Shown here one piece after another: positions 10,533 to 20,321 of a stretch of DNA of 64,000 nt (position 1 is the first letter of the stretch; each line of letters begins with the position of its first letter). The position numbers were made by a program, and so were the translations under genes. The notes under the pieces are model-generated. The model was not told the origin of the DNA and did not search any database. It saw nothing but the letters and a program-made list of their open reading frames with translations. The DNA comes from a bacterium (GTDB lineage: Bacteria > Armatimonadota > UBA5829), in the NCBI GenBank assembly GCA_021371935.1, contig JAJFVF010000019.1, positions 87,268-151,267 on the forward strand, written 5' to 3'.

Positions 10533-10562
10533 TTGACAAGACCGGTTTGGTTTTGGTAATAT
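10533..10562 (+). promoter_or_regulatory. Sigma70-like promoter for tRNA-Leu (TTGACA-18-TAATAT)
   Basis: Consensus -35 and near-consensus -10 about 20 nt upstream of the tRNA 5' end. Confidence 0.5.
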
Positions 10563-10580
10563 TTAGCAGAAATCAGCCGT

Positions 10581-10666
10581 GCCGAAGTGGCGGAATGGCA
10601 GACGCGCATGGTTCAGGACCATGTGTCCGCAAGGACGTGCGGGTTCAACTCCCGCCTTCGGCACCA
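10581..10666 (+). tRNA. tRNA-Leu(CAG), class II with long variable arm, CCA encoded
   Basis: Cloverleaf folded by hand: acceptor GCCGAAG/CUUCGGC, D-arm GCGG..CGCG, anticodon stem CAUGG/CCAUG with loop UUCAGGA, long variable arm, T-arm GCGGG..CCCGC. Confidence 0.8.
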
Positions 10667-10878
10667 AATGGGCTGATTTTGAACTCAAATCTTCCACTGC
10701 ACAGATATCCGGCGATCCATGGGCACTTCCTGAAACTATGTGATCGACCATTTTTTGATATGTGTCACATGACGTCGAATATCGCAAAAAACTCCAACTC
10801 CACAAACCTGACCATTATATTCAGACAGCTTTTCTTAACTAATGCAAGAGTTTGTAATGAATCTGGAGGTCTGTTGAC

Positions 10879-12999
10879 ATGATAAGAGTCTCGCCAATTC
10901 TGCTTTGCGCTCTGGCCATCTGGATGTCTGTTTCCACATACGCTGCGCCGGAGAGGTCCGGGCCAAATGCAGACACACAATACGTTCCAAAATGGGGTTA
11001 TATTGACAGGACCGGCAATGTCGTAATCAAGTCGCAATTCGATGATGTGAGGATGTTTGTCGACGGATTGGCGCCGGTAGCGGTCGGCAGTTCGGAGAAA
11101 CGCAAGTGGGGTTATGTGGACAAGACCGGCAAGCTGGTCATTAAGCCGCAGTATGGTGACGCAGCGGAGTTCTCCGAAGGACTGGCGGCAGTACGGATCG
11201 GTGATGATGAAATGGACAAATGGGTCTATATCGATAAGTCGGGCAATATTGTCCTTAGACCGGACAAGCAGTTTTCCGGCAGCTTCCATGATGGTCTAGC
11301 TCTGATTGCCGATAACGGTTTTGGAAGTGGCAGTGATTGTATAACATACGGGGCAAGCGGTTATATCGACAAGACCGGCAAAGAGATCATAAAGCTGCAG
11401 TATGGGGGAGCAGACAGTTTCAGTGAAGGGCTTGCGGCGGTCTGGATAGGTCTTTACGCAGGCAAATGGGGCTATATCGACACCAGCGGCAAAGTTGAGA
11501 TAGACCCGGTGTTTGGCATTGCCCGCCCGTTCTCAGAAGGGCTGGCTTGTGTGCGGCTGGCGGATGATGCCGAGACATGGGGTTATATAGACAAGACCGG
11601 AAAGCTTGTAATCCGGCGGACGGAGACAAACACGCGATTCGACAGCAGTTGTGATTTCCATGATGGGCTTGCGATTGTGCGTAAAGATGACAGCTTCCGG
11701 GGTGGCGTAGGCTACATAGACAGGACCGGTAAGATCGCAATCAAGCAGCAGTATGATGATGCCGGCAGTTTTTCGGAGGGGTTGGCGCCCGTCGAAAAGG
11801 ATGCGTGCTGGGGTTTCATAGATGTGAATGGAGACTATGTCATCAAGTCGCTTGGTTTTGGCATCGACGCAAAGGGCTTCTCGGATGGACTTGCACCAAT
11901 TGGAATCCCGCATTCCGTGCCGAATCGAGCTGCGTATATCGACAAGAGCGGAAAGATGGTCTCAAAGCCGGGGATCACAAAAGTCGGCGTTGCATCCGAG
12001 GGTCTTGCGCCATTTAGAACCGGTGATAATGAGACCGGCAAATGGGGTTTTGCGGATATGGAAGGAAATGTCATCATTGAGCCCCAGTTCGATATCGTCG
12101 GACAGTTTTCCGGGGGGTTGGCAGTAGTCGCGACAGGAAAAGACACTTCATTCGGGTTCGGCTCCAAACAGACGGATATAAAGAGCGCGGACATGCCCAA
12201 ATACGGCTTTATTGACAAGACAGGCAAGATAGTAGTTGAGCTGAAATACCAGAGCGTTGGCAGCTTTTGCGAAGGCCTTGCGATGGTGATGAATTCCGAC
12301 GGCATAAAGATGGATAGCAACGGGTGCATGGACTGGGATAGTCCAAAGTATGGCTATGTGGACAAGACAGGCAGTCTTGCAATCGGACAGAAGTTCAGTT
12401 GGGCGTCAGACTTCTGTGAAGGTCGCGCCAATGTCAGTATTGGAGACGATGATGCAACTGGCTATATCGATTTGAATGGAAATATGGTTATCAAGCCGAA
12501 GTTTAATCATGTTAGGGACTTCTCCGATGGTCTGGCGGCAGTGAAGAGCGGAGCAAAATGGGGCTATATAGACAAGTCCGGCAAAGTCGTCATCAAACCA
12601 CAATTCGATGAGGTCGGCGACTTCTCCGAAGGCCTTGCACGCATCCGTATTGGCGATAACGAGAAAGCTAAGTGGGGTTACGTATCAAAGGCCGGTAAAG
12701 TGGTGGTCAAACCGAGATTCGGTGAAGCAGGTGACTTTTCCGAGGGGCTTGCCAGGGTTAGGGTCGGTCCCAACTATAACGACAAGTGGGGCTACATCGA
12801 CAAGACAGGCAAGATGACAATCAAGCCGCAGTTTCAGGAGGTCTCCAACTTTTTTGAGGGCATGGCGGCTGTTCAGTCCAACTACCGTTATGGCTACATA
12901 GACAAGACCGGCAAGTTCCTTATGAAACCACAATATAATGGTGCGGGCGACTTCTCGGGAGGCATAGCGGGTGTAGAGTGGTCGTCAAGGGGGTTTTAA
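10879..12999 (+). CDS. Secreted WG-repeat protein (about 18 repeats, signal peptide)
   Basis: N-terminal signal peptide, then iterated KWGYIDKTGKxVIKPQFD...FSEGLA units (WG-containing repeat). Confidence 0.8.
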   Translation: MIRVSPILLCALAIWMSVSTYAAPERSGPNADTQYVPKWGYIDRTGNVVIKSQFDDVRMFVDGLAPVAVGSSEKRKWGYVDKTGKLVIKPQYGDAAEFSEGLAAVRIGDDEMDKWVYIDKSGNIVLRPDKQFSGSFHDGLALIADNGFGSGSDCITYGASGYIDKTGKEIIKLQYGGADSFSEGLAAVWIGLYAGKWGYIDTSGKVEIDPVFGIARPFSEGLACVRLADDAETWGYIDKTGKLVIRRTETNTRFDSSCDFHDGLAIVRKDDSFRGGVGYIDRTGKIAIKQQYDDAGSFSEGLAPVEKDACWGFIDVNGDYVIKSLGFGIDAKGFSDGLAPIGIPHSVPNRAAYIDKSGKMVSKPGITKVGVASEGLAPFRTGDNETGKWGFADMEGNVIIEPQFDIVGQFSGGLAVVATGKDTSFGFGSKQTDIKSADMPKYGFIDKTGKIVVELKYQSVGSFCEGLAMVMNSDGIKMDSNGCMDWDSPKYGYVDKTGSLAIGQKFSWASDFCEGRANVSIGDDDATGYIDLNGNMVIKPKFNHVRDFSDGLAAVKSGAKWGYIDKSGKVVIKPQFDEVGDFSEGLARIRIGDNEKAKWGYVSKAGKVVVKPRFGEAGDFSEGLARVRVGPNYNDKWGYIDKTGKMTIKPQFQEVSNFFEGMAAVQSNYRYGYIDKTGKFLMKPQYNGAGDFSGGIAGVEWSSRGF

Positions 13000-13000
13000 A

Positions 13001-14152
13001 ATGAATAAACTGCGATCAGTCATTGGGTTGACACTATTCTTGCTTTCCTGCAGCGCTTTGAGCGCCTCATCCGCGCAGGTCCTGCTTCCCGTCAAACATG
13101 GCGACAAGTGGGGCTACATCAACAAGTCAGGGCAAATAGTTATAAAAGCTGTCTATGATGCGGCTGGAATGTTCGCAGAGGGGCTGGCTCCAGTGGGAAA
13201 AGGCAAGAATGACGCGATGAAATACGGCTATATAAACACCTCCGGCAAGATGATCATCAAACCACAGTTCAACAGCACGAGCGGTTTTCGTGAGGGGATG
13301 GCATCGGTGACCATGAAAGAACAGATCGGCTTCATCGATAAGACCGGCAAGCTGGTGATAAAGCCTCAATTTTCCTTTGCGGATGACTTCCATGAGGGTC
13401 TGACCCCAGTGTGCACAGGGACGCCGAGGACTGCGAAGTACGGCTACATAAACAAAACCGGGAAGATGGTCGTCAGCAAAAAGTTTGACTCAGCAGGCAA
13501 TTTTTCGCAAGGCCTTGCGCCTGTAGCCGTCGGCGATAAATGGGGCTACATCGATAAAACCGGCAAAATGATTATAGATATGCAGTTTGACGAGGCAAAC
13601 AGTTTCTCTGAGGGCTTGGCCGTAGTGTCGACAGGCAGGGTCTATTACAAGTCAGAGAAAACCGGCAAGGTTGATGAGAGCATAATCATGCAAGAGGGCA
13701 AGTGCGGATATATCGACAAAACCGGCAAGATTGTCATCGAACCGCGCTTCGGCTACGCCCAACCATTTTCGGATGGTCTTGCTGCTGTTATGACAGGCGA
13801 GATGAAGCCGGGGCGGAAATGGACGTGGGGATATATCGATAAGGCAGGCAAGTTTGTGATAGAGCCGAAGTTTCCTTTCGCCGAGAGTTTTTCTGAGGGA
13901 GTCGCGGCAGTGTGTGTCGGAGACTTCTCCATACCCTCCAAAGACATAAACGACTTTCCGAAATGGGGTTACATCGATAAAACCGGAAAAATGGTCATCA
14001 CGCCTCAGTTTTTAGGGATGCACCAAGGCAGCTTTTCAGGAGGCGCAGCGATGGTCAGTATGCAGTTTCTTTTTTCACCTGACAGCCATGCGGGTCCAAG
14101 CTACATAGACAAGACAGGCAAGTTCATTTGGAAAGACAGGAATACGCGCTGA
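13001..14152 (+). CDS. Secreted WG-repeat protein, paralog of the upstream gene
   Basis: Signal peptide plus the same KWGYI..KTGK..I.PQF repeat. Separated from the upstream paralog by 1 nt. Confidence 0.8.
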   Translation: MNKLRSVIGLTLFLLSCSALSASSAQVLLPVKHGDKWGYINKSGQIVIKAVYDAAGMFAEGLAPVGKGKNDAMKYGYINTSGKMIIKPQFNSTSGFREGMASVTMKEQIGFIDKTGKLVIKPQFSFADDFHEGLTPVCTGTPRTAKYGYINKTGKMVVSKKFDSAGNFSQGLAPVAVGDKWGYIDKTGKMIIDMQFDEANSFSEGLAVVSTGRVYYKSEKTGKVDESIIMQEGKCGYIDKTGKIVIEPRFGYAQPFSDGLAAVMTGEMKPGRKWTWGYIDKAGKFVIEPKFPFAESFSEGVAAVCVGDFSIPSKDINDFPKWGYIDKTGKMVITPQFLGMHQGSFSGGAAMVSMQFLFSPDSHAGPSYIDKTGKFIWKDRNTR

Positions 14153-14284
14153 TTGCAGCAGATTCCAATCTGAGCATTCTATTGATCTTTTCCAACCAAG
14201 CCGAAGAGTTTTCCATGAGATTCTTTTGTTTTGTCCCAGGCAAAGTGGTAATATATCTCGTGGTTATAATCAGGAGGCTTATAG

Positions 14285-15400
14285 ATGATAGATCCGCGAA
14301 TGAAAAAATTAGCCGACCTGTTGGTCGGATACTCGGTGAAGGTCCAGACGGGCGAAAAGGTCCTTATAGACTCATACGAAATTCCATCAGATATGGTCTG
14401 CGTGCTTGTAGATCGAGTATGCCAGGCTGGCGGGCTGCCTTTTGTAGACGTTCATAATGCGAGGATTCGTCGGGCGCTCATATCGAACTCGACTCAGGAA
14501 CAGATGCAAACGCTTGGCAGACGTGACCTGGAGTTTATGAAGGAGATGGACTGCTATATATCTTTGCGCGGCGGCCATAATGTCACTGAGCTTTCCGATG
14601 TTCCGGATGATAGGATGAAGATCTATCAAGAGCACTGGCAGAAACCCGTGATGGACCAGAGGGTCGATCACACCAAGTGGGTAGTGCTGCGTTGGCCGTC
14701 ATCGTCAATGGCGCAGCTTGCCGGTATGAGCACAGAGAGCTTCGAGAATTTCTATTTTGACGTCTGCACTCTGGACTACGCGAAAATGTCGAAGGCGATG
14801 ATCCCTCTCAAAGAGCGTATGGAGCGGACGGACCGCGTGCGCCTGATCGGACCTGGCGACACAAATCTGGAGTTTTCGATAAAGGGCATTCCGGCAGTTT
14901 TGTGCGATGGTTTGGTCAACATTCCCGACGGTGAGCTTTTTACTGCTCCTGTGAAGGACAGTTCCAACGGGGTCATCCATTTCAATGCGGGCACGATATA
15001 TCATGGCAAGCCGTTCGATGACATCCGGCTGGTGTTGAAGGACGGCAAAGTAGTTGAGGCGACCAGTTCAGACAGCAGTGCGCTCAATGACATACTCGAT
15101 TCCGACGAGGGAGCGAGGTATATAGGCGAGTTCTCACTTGGGTTTAACCCCCACATCAAGCATGCCATGCGCGACATACTCTTCGACGAGAAGATTGACG
15201 GTTCCATCCATTTCACGCCCGGCAGAGCCTATGCCGAGGCCGATAACGGTAATAAGTCCGAGATTCACTGGGACATGGTCATGATTCAGAGACCCGAGTA
15301 TGGCGGCGGCGAGATATATTTCGACGATGAACTGATCCGCAAAGACGGGCGGTTCGTGCCGGACTATCTGCAGGGCTTGAATCCCGAAAATCTTGTCTAG
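14285..15400 (+). CDS. Aminopeptidase, M29 (AmpS/PepS) family
   Basis: Full-length similarity pattern to thermophilic metalloprotease M29 (GEFSLGFNPHI, HFTPG). Confidence 0.7.
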   Translation: MIDPRMKKLADLLVGYSVKVQTGEKVLIDSYEIPSDMVCVLVDRVCQAGGLPFVDVHNARIRRALISNSTQEQMQTLGRRDLEFMKEMDCYISLRGGHNVTELSDVPDDRMKIYQEHWQKPVMDQRVDHTKWVVLRWPSSSMAQLAGMSTESFENFYFDVCTLDYAKMSKAMIPLKERMERTDRVRLIGPGDTNLEFSIKGIPAVLCDGLVNIPDGELFTAPVKDSSNGVIHFNAGTIYHGKPFDDIRLVLKDGKVVEATSSDSSALNDILDSDEGARYIGEFSLGFNPHIKHAMRDILFDEKIDGSIHFTPGRAYAEADNGNKSEIHWDMVMIQRPEYGGGEIYFDDELIRKDGRFVPDYLQGLNPENLV

Positions 15401-15473
15401 TAAGAGTGTTCAATAATTTCAAGCAGCTATCGGCTCAGCAGGAGCTTTACCGTCTCAATTACGATCGTATGTG

Positions 15474-15500
15474 AGGACGAGGCTCCTGCCGGGCTTTTTT
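15474..15500 (+). terminator. Hairpin plus T-tract downstream of the aminopeptidase
   Basis: GAGGCTCCTGCCGGGC followed by TTTTTTGTT. Degenerate member of the GGGAGGGCGAGGCTCCTGCCGAGCC family. Confidence 0.45.
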
Positions 15501-15535
15501 GTTGACAAGGGCTGGGTGTCTATTTGATGGTGCTA

Positions 15536-15564
15536 TTGACAGCGCTGTTGCGCAGGTGTAGACT
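15536..15564 (+). promoter_or_regulatory. Sigma70-like promoter (TTGACA-17-TAGACT) upstream of trkA genes
   Basis: Consensus -35 with 17-nt spacer, about 40 nt upstream of the start codon. Confidence 0.4.
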
Positions 15565-15602
15565 ATGGTCTTGGTATCTGAGATATATAGAGGGAAGTGA
15601 AT

Positions 15603-16073
15603 ATGAAGGTAGTTATTTTGGGCTGTGGCAGGGTCGGCGCGACAATTGCAGCCACTATGTCCCGTGAAGGGCACGATGTAACAATCGTGGATAAAAATCC
15701 TGATTCTTTCCGCAGACTGGCGAGCGGTTTTGAAGGAAAAAAAGTAGTCGGCAACGGTCTTTCTGAAGACACTCTCAGGAAGGCGGATGTCGAACATGCT
15801 GATGCGTTTGTTGCGGTAACCAATGGTGATAACAGGAACATAATGTCGGTTCAGCTTGCTAAGGTAAGGTTCAAGGTGCCCAAGGTTATTGCCCGAATAT
15901 ACGATCCGATCCGGTCATACGCATATGCTGATCTGGGGATCGACACAGTTTGCACGACCTGTATAGGCTCAGGGGTTTTGCACGATAAAATCCTCGGGAA
16001 GCCATACGAAAGCATCGAGCAGTACTGTCGGTTCGGGCTTGATGACAAAGCGCCGGAGGTTACAAATGAATAG
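15603..16073 (+). CDS. TrkA-N domain K+ transport NAD-binding protein
   Basis: VVILGCGRVG Rossmann motif. Start placed at the ATG with GAGGGA Shine-Dalgarno. Confidence 0.75.
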   Translation: MKVVILGCGRVGATIAATMSREGHDVTIVDKNPDSFRRLASGFEGKKVVGNGLSEDTLRKADVEHADAFVAVTNGDNRNIMSVQLAKVRFKVPKVIARIYDPIRSYAYADLGIDTVCTTCIGSGVLHDKILGKPYESIEQYCRFGLDDKAPEVTNE

Positions 16074-16749
16074 CAGGAATCCGATGTATGTGATAATAGT
16101 CGGCGGCGGCAAGGTGGGTTATCATCTGTTTGAAGCACTCACTGCAGAGGGACATGAGGTCCTCATTATAGAGAAAGATAGAAAGACTGCCGAACGGCTT
16201 GCCGGCGAGTTAGGTGAGATGGTCATGTACGGCGACGGCTGCGAGATCCGCACGATGACCGAAGCAGGGATGGGCAGAGCCAACGTGGTGGTGGCAGTGA
16301 CCGGCGATGATGAGGACAATCTGGTAATCTGCCAGATGGCCAAAAGGCAGTTCGGCGTGCCCAGGACACTGGCTCGTGTAAACGATCCCAAGAACGAGGA
16401 ACTCTTCCAGCAGCTCGGCATCGACCAGACAATAAGCAGCACCAGGATCATATTCAACTTGCTCGAGCAGCAGATCGAGACTGGTCAAGTGATACCGCTT
16501 GCGGCATTAAAGAAGGGTGATATCGAGGTTGTTGAAGCCGACATCACATCCAATTCTCCAGCTAATGGAGTAAAAATAGGCCAGCTCGACTTGCCGGCAA
16601 ATGCTCTCATCATCTCTGTAATCCGCGACGGCCATGCCATCATTCCGCATGCCGACACAAAGATTCGCACGGGTGACAGCGTGATCGCCATAATCAAAGC
16701 AGACAGAGAAAAGGAATTACGCACCATATTTTCAGGCGAGCAGGCATGA
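16066..16749 (+). CDS. trkA: Trk system potassium uptake protein TrkA (TrkA-N + TrkA-C)
   Basis: VIIVGGGKVG motif and C-terminal TrkA-C. GGAGG Shine-Dalgarno. Overlaps the upstream gene stop. Confidence 0.75.
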   Translation: MNSRNPMYVIIVGGGKVGYHLFEALTAEGHEVLIIEKDRKTAERLAGELGEMVMYGDGCEIRTMTEAGMGRANVVVAVTGDDEDNLVICQMAKRQFGVPRTLARVNDPKNEELFQQLGIDQTISSTRIIFNLLEQQIETGQVIPLAALKKGDIEVVEADITSNSPANGVKIGQLDLPANALIISVIRDGHAIIPHADTKIRTGDSVIAIIKADREKELRTIFSGEQA

Positions 16750-16846
16750 TATAGGAAGTGGGAAATAGGGAGTAGGGAGCCAATTGCAAGACTCTGCGGC
16801 CTTTCAAATATAGTTGTCCTATTACCTATTTCCTAATATCTTTTCC

Positions 16847-17056
16847 CTAGTATTTCGCATTAGCCAGGACAGATGGACCGAGCCTGGTTGACTCGATTGC
16901 CAACACAGTCGCTCTGACACATTCTCCCACTTTTCCGCCCGCACCCGCGATTACCACCATAGTCTCATCGGGCAGATGTCCAACACCTTCGTCATGCCCA
17001 AGTCCTTCGCGGTCGATAATCACTTCAATTTCGTCTCCAAATCGGTAACTCATCAC
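16847..17056 (-). CDS. TRAM domain RNA-binding protein (69 aa)
   Basis: FGDEIEVIIDREGLGHDEGVGHLPDETMVVI matches the TRAM fold signature. Confidence 0.55.
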   Translation of the reverse strand: MMSYRFGDEIEVIIDREGLGHDEGVGHLPDETMVVIAGAGGKVGECVRATVLAIESTRLGPSVLANAKY

Positions 17057-17275
17057 TTACCTCCGGTACCTGCCAGTTTGAATACCATCAGATGCAAAAA
17101 AGACAGGCACCCAAGATAGGTCCTGTCTCATACTATTGCTATCGATATCAAGTTGTCCGTCGAAGCATCCTGCACCCCGACACCTAACGCACCCGCCTTC
17201 ATTGCGTCCGTCGAGCGATCATCCATCCTGTAGATAAGAATCAGCACATTCAAAGCAATGATTCCTCTGCCATAG

Positions 17276-17347
17276 CCTGGATTATACGCTTCCCGCATAA
17301 TCCAAGTCTCCGAGAACATTATTCACGTTCCTCGTGAATAATGCGGA
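17276..17347 (-). repeat. ~75-80 bp double-hairpin element, copy in reverse orientation
   Basis: CCTGGATTATACGCTTCCCGCATAATCCAAGTCTCCGAGAACATTATTCACGTTCCTCGTGAATAATGCGG. Both hairpins present, the second degenerate. Confidence 0.75.
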
Positions 17348-17622
17348 CTAGGCGGCTTACTGCAAGATTTGTCAGATTATAGCATCCTTACGGACACATT
17401 ACAATACCCTTTCAATTTAATATTTGAGATTTTTTATTTTATATTTGGCGAACTGGGTGAGGGGTTATTCGTCAATATTTCCACGTTCGGCATGCCGCTC
17501 TTGCTGACGCTCGATCTTGCGTCTGCGCTTGTGCATAGCTTTTTTATCAGGCTCGTGCGGTCCTGCCTTTAGAAAGTGGGCTTTTTGTGCAAAGAAAGAT
17601 TTTCCGGGTATTCTACGGCGCA

Positions 17623-18141
17623 TTACGCAGCTTTCCTGATATGAGTGCCGATTATTCTGACCACAATCGGCGCAACAACAATTTGCAGTGCGATTCCCGG
17701 CCAGCTTTCGATCACCGAAAACGCCAGGTATGCAACAAAGCCCTGCTGCAGACCCATCAGCGGAGCGATCACGACTCGTTCGAGCCCTCCGACCAGCCTT
17801 GCAGCAGTCATTGCAAGTATTACAGACAATATCACTGGCAGCTTAAGTCTACGGCCAAACAGGCTTGCCGATCCTGCCAGCACGCCCAGTTCCAGCATCA
17901 TAAGCACGCCTGTCGGGACCAATGGCGGCATACCGGTCAGTGCTGACGAGATCAATGGGGTCACCACTCCGACCGCAAACGCCACAGGCACCGACACATA
18001 CAGCCCGCAGATCAAGATCGGCAGGTGCATAGGCAGGAACAGCGTTCCCATACCCACCATATGAAACAAGACCGGCACAGCAACGCCCAGAGCGCCAAAG
18101 AGTCCACCTATGCTCAAGTCTCGTGCTCTATATTTTATCAT
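17623..18141 (-). CDS. Polytopic membrane protein (possible ECF-transporter S-component-like)
   Basis: Six predicted TM helices. Last gene of a three-gene minus-strand operon, overlapping the upstream gene by 4 nt. Confidence 0.5.
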   Translation of the reverse strand: MIKYRARDLSIGGLFGALGVAVPVLFHMVGMGTLFLPMHLPILICGLYVSVPVAFAVGVVTPLISSALTGMPPLVPTGVLMMLELGVLAGSASLFGRRLKLPVILSVILAMTAARLVGGLERVVIAPLMGLQQGFVAYLAFSVIESWPGIALQIVVAPIVVRIIGTHIRKAA

Positions 18142-18818
18142 GGAGATGTCCTTCCGTCACTCAGGTGAACGATAACGCCTTTATGGTTATATGGATACCA
18201 CTCAGTCCTGGGTACAGGCCGCATCAACTCACCTGATTTTTCCCAGCCCACGTCGCCGCCGGGTCCCACGCTCCATACAGCCCATTTCAGAGGTGCTTGA
18301 ACAGTCTCCGGCTTCAGAGTTTTATCTATGCGCTGATTCATGCCATTCTCAATATAATAATAGTAGCAGTTTCCTGTGTCTGCGGGGTAACCACCCGGTA
18401 TCCACATGCCGCCGGGAACTATAGCATCGTTTGAGTATTGCCAGCCGACCACCACATATTTATACGTGCGGCGCTTGTCGTCGACCTCACCGTTTGTTCT
18501 CTGGTTGAACGGATCGAGTATCCGATGTGCCGGTATATAGCCCATCGTGTACAGTTCGCGCGGCATTTCATAATAGTCTATCTCCGAATTATCGATGCAT
18601 GACTGCCGCGCAAAGGGATATCCGCCTTTATCCTCCCTATACATTTCAATAGCTATACCGAACTGCCTGAGGTCTGAATGTACGCTTGCTATCTTCGACC
18701 GAAGCCGCGCGGCAGTCATCACAGGCAGCAGCATAGCTGCCAGTATAGCGATTATTGCAATCACCACCAGCAGCTCGATCAGAGTAAAAGCTTTTTTGGA
18801 CTTTGCTTGGCTTTCCAC
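18138..18818 (-). CDS. Prepilin-type N-terminal cleavage/methylation domain protein (pseudopilin-like, DUF1559-like C-terminus)
   Basis: N-terminal KKAFTLIELLVVIAIIAILAAMLLP is a class III signal peptide/pilin motif. Confidence 0.8.
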   Translation of the reverse strand: MESQAKSKKAFTLIELLVVIAIIAILAAMLLPVMTAARLRSKIASVHSDLRQFGIAIEMYREDKGGYPFARQSCIDNSEIDYYEMPRELYTMGYIPAHRILDPFNQRTNGEVDDKRRTYKYVVVGWQYSNDAIVPGGMWIPGGYPADTGNCYYYYIENGMNQRIDKTLKPETVQAPLKWAVWSVGPGGDVGWEKSGELMRPVPRTEWYPYNHKGVIVHLSDGRTSP

Positions 18819-18833
18819 TTTTGTCTCTCAGTT

Positions 18834-20141
18834 TTATAACGAAGACGGATGATACATTACAGTCAAGTCATTCGGGTCGCCGAGTATCAGCTTCGGCGTA
18901 ATGCCATCATCTTCCAGAGAAGCTATAGCATTCACAGCCACAAAGTCGCCCTCCTGAGCGGTTATGCCTGCGGCCTTTGTAAGCCTGATCACGTCGCCGT
19001 TATCGGTCGTGAAATCATAGTCACCATCTCCGAGTGACTGCCCCAGCGTGCCGCAGCACCGCACCAGTATCCCGAAAACGCCCAGACCGTGTTCTGCTGC
19101 CAGCGTCTTTCCATTGACAAATACAGGCTTTGGCTCATCGCCCGAGAATACCACCGGACACGTCGTGGCCTCAACAGTCTGTTCGGGTCCTTCGGATGTA
19201 AACGTGCCCTGCAGAGCCACTCTGTCGCCCGGATTAACACTGAAACTGCCGATCACTTTGATCCCACTCTGCCTGCCCTCTTCCTGGACGTAGAAACAGT
19301 CATCAAACACACGTGAGACCACTCTCGCCATTGCGATATTTGAACTATCAGTTACCCAAACACGGTAGTTTGACGTGCATGGCACGCTGGTATCTTCCTG
19401 ATCGAATATGCCGACCACACTCAGCGAGCCTTTGTAGTCTGCGCTGTCGCTGAAGTCTTTCACCGATGACAGGAGCATACCCACCTCTCCAGTCGAATCA
19501 CCCACACTCAGCTGCTGACCGCTTGCCCAGGTGCCGCTTTTGACCTGGACACCGTAGAGCCGAACATATCTGGTCTGATAATATTCTCCACCGCCCGCGC
19601 GGCTCTGATCGAAATAGTTGCAGTCGGACACATTCGTTATAAGGGTGGGTTCGGGCAGTCCGGGATGATCCAGTACTTCGACAGTAAATGCATACGACGG
19701 TATTGCAGTGTGCAGGTGGTTGATTACCACTTTACCCCTGTGCGCATCCGCCAGATAACCCGTCACGCGGAGCCTGTCACCGGCCTGAAAGTTTACGTAA
19801 TAGCTTTGGCGATATGCCGACCACAGTGCCCCGTAGAACCACGACCCAGCCCATATCTGTATACCGCCACAGTTACTGCCGGTATCCTGCATGAACGCCG
19901 TATAATATCCGCCGGAGCTGTCCGGGTCCGATACGTCGTTATATCCAGCCAAAGCCACACCTTCAACTGTCACTTTCTCTTGAGGGACAGAAAAGCTGCC
20001 GCTCGAGAATGCAGCAACAAGAGGATGCGTTCCAATACCGTTTGCATCAACCGCCTCATAGTCCCATATAGTGTCTGCAGCGCAGCCCACTGTCAAAGCG
20101 ATCAATAATACAACAGCAATAGTAAAAGTTCTTCTTGCCAT
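18834..20141 (-). CDS. Secreted hypothetical protein with signal peptide
   Basis: Start placed at MARRTFTIAVVLLIALTVGCAA, with a GGAGA Shine-Dalgarno 7 nt upstream. Confidence 0.6.
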   Translation of the reverse strand: MARRTFTIAVVLLIALTVGCAADTIWDYEAVDANGIGTHPLVAAFSSGSFSVPQEKVTVEGVALAGYNDVSDPDSSGGYYTAFMQDTGSNCGGIQIWAGSWFYGALWSAYRQSYYVNFQAGDRLRVTGYLADAHRGKVVINHLHTAIPSYAFTVEVLDHPGLPEPTLITNVSDCNYFDQSRAGGGEYYQTRYVRLYGVQVKSGTWASGQQLSVGDSTGEVGMLLSSVKDFSDSADYKGSLSVVGIFDQEDTSVPCTSNYRVWVTDSSNIAMARVVSRVFDDCFYVQEEGRQSGIKVIGSFSVNPGDRVALQGTFTSEGPEQTVEATTCPVVFSGDEPKPVFVNGKTLAAEHGLGVFGILVRCCGTLGQSLGDGDYDFTTDNGDVIRLTKAAGITAQEGDFVAVNAIASLEDDGITPKLILGDPNDLTVMYHPSSL

Positions 20142-20321
20142 ATGTGTATCTCCTAACAATAGTTTGCGTGCATGGTAGCACGAATTGCAGTATCGTAGCA
20201 CCATATCGTCTGCTTGTCAAGTGCAATACAGGTATTTCACACAGCCGAAGTAGTGTGCCGTGCGTGGCATATATTCCTTGACGACAAAAAACCATATTTG
20301 CTTGGATTGGGGGCAATCAAA

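Noticed and set aside
1-17347. Region bounded by two same-orientation copies of the double-hairpin element (1-28 and 17276-17347), considered as a large mobile island
   Set aside because: The interior is core housekeeping (recJ-rel-dtd, tRNA-Leu, trkA). Further copies of the same element occur elsewhere in both orientations. The copies are dispersed small repeats, not island termini.
17461-17535. 23-codon minus-strand ORF MHKRRRKIERQQERHAERGNIDE
   Set aside because: No convincing RBS. Very short. Highly basic low-complexity sequence that could be chance. Left unannotated.
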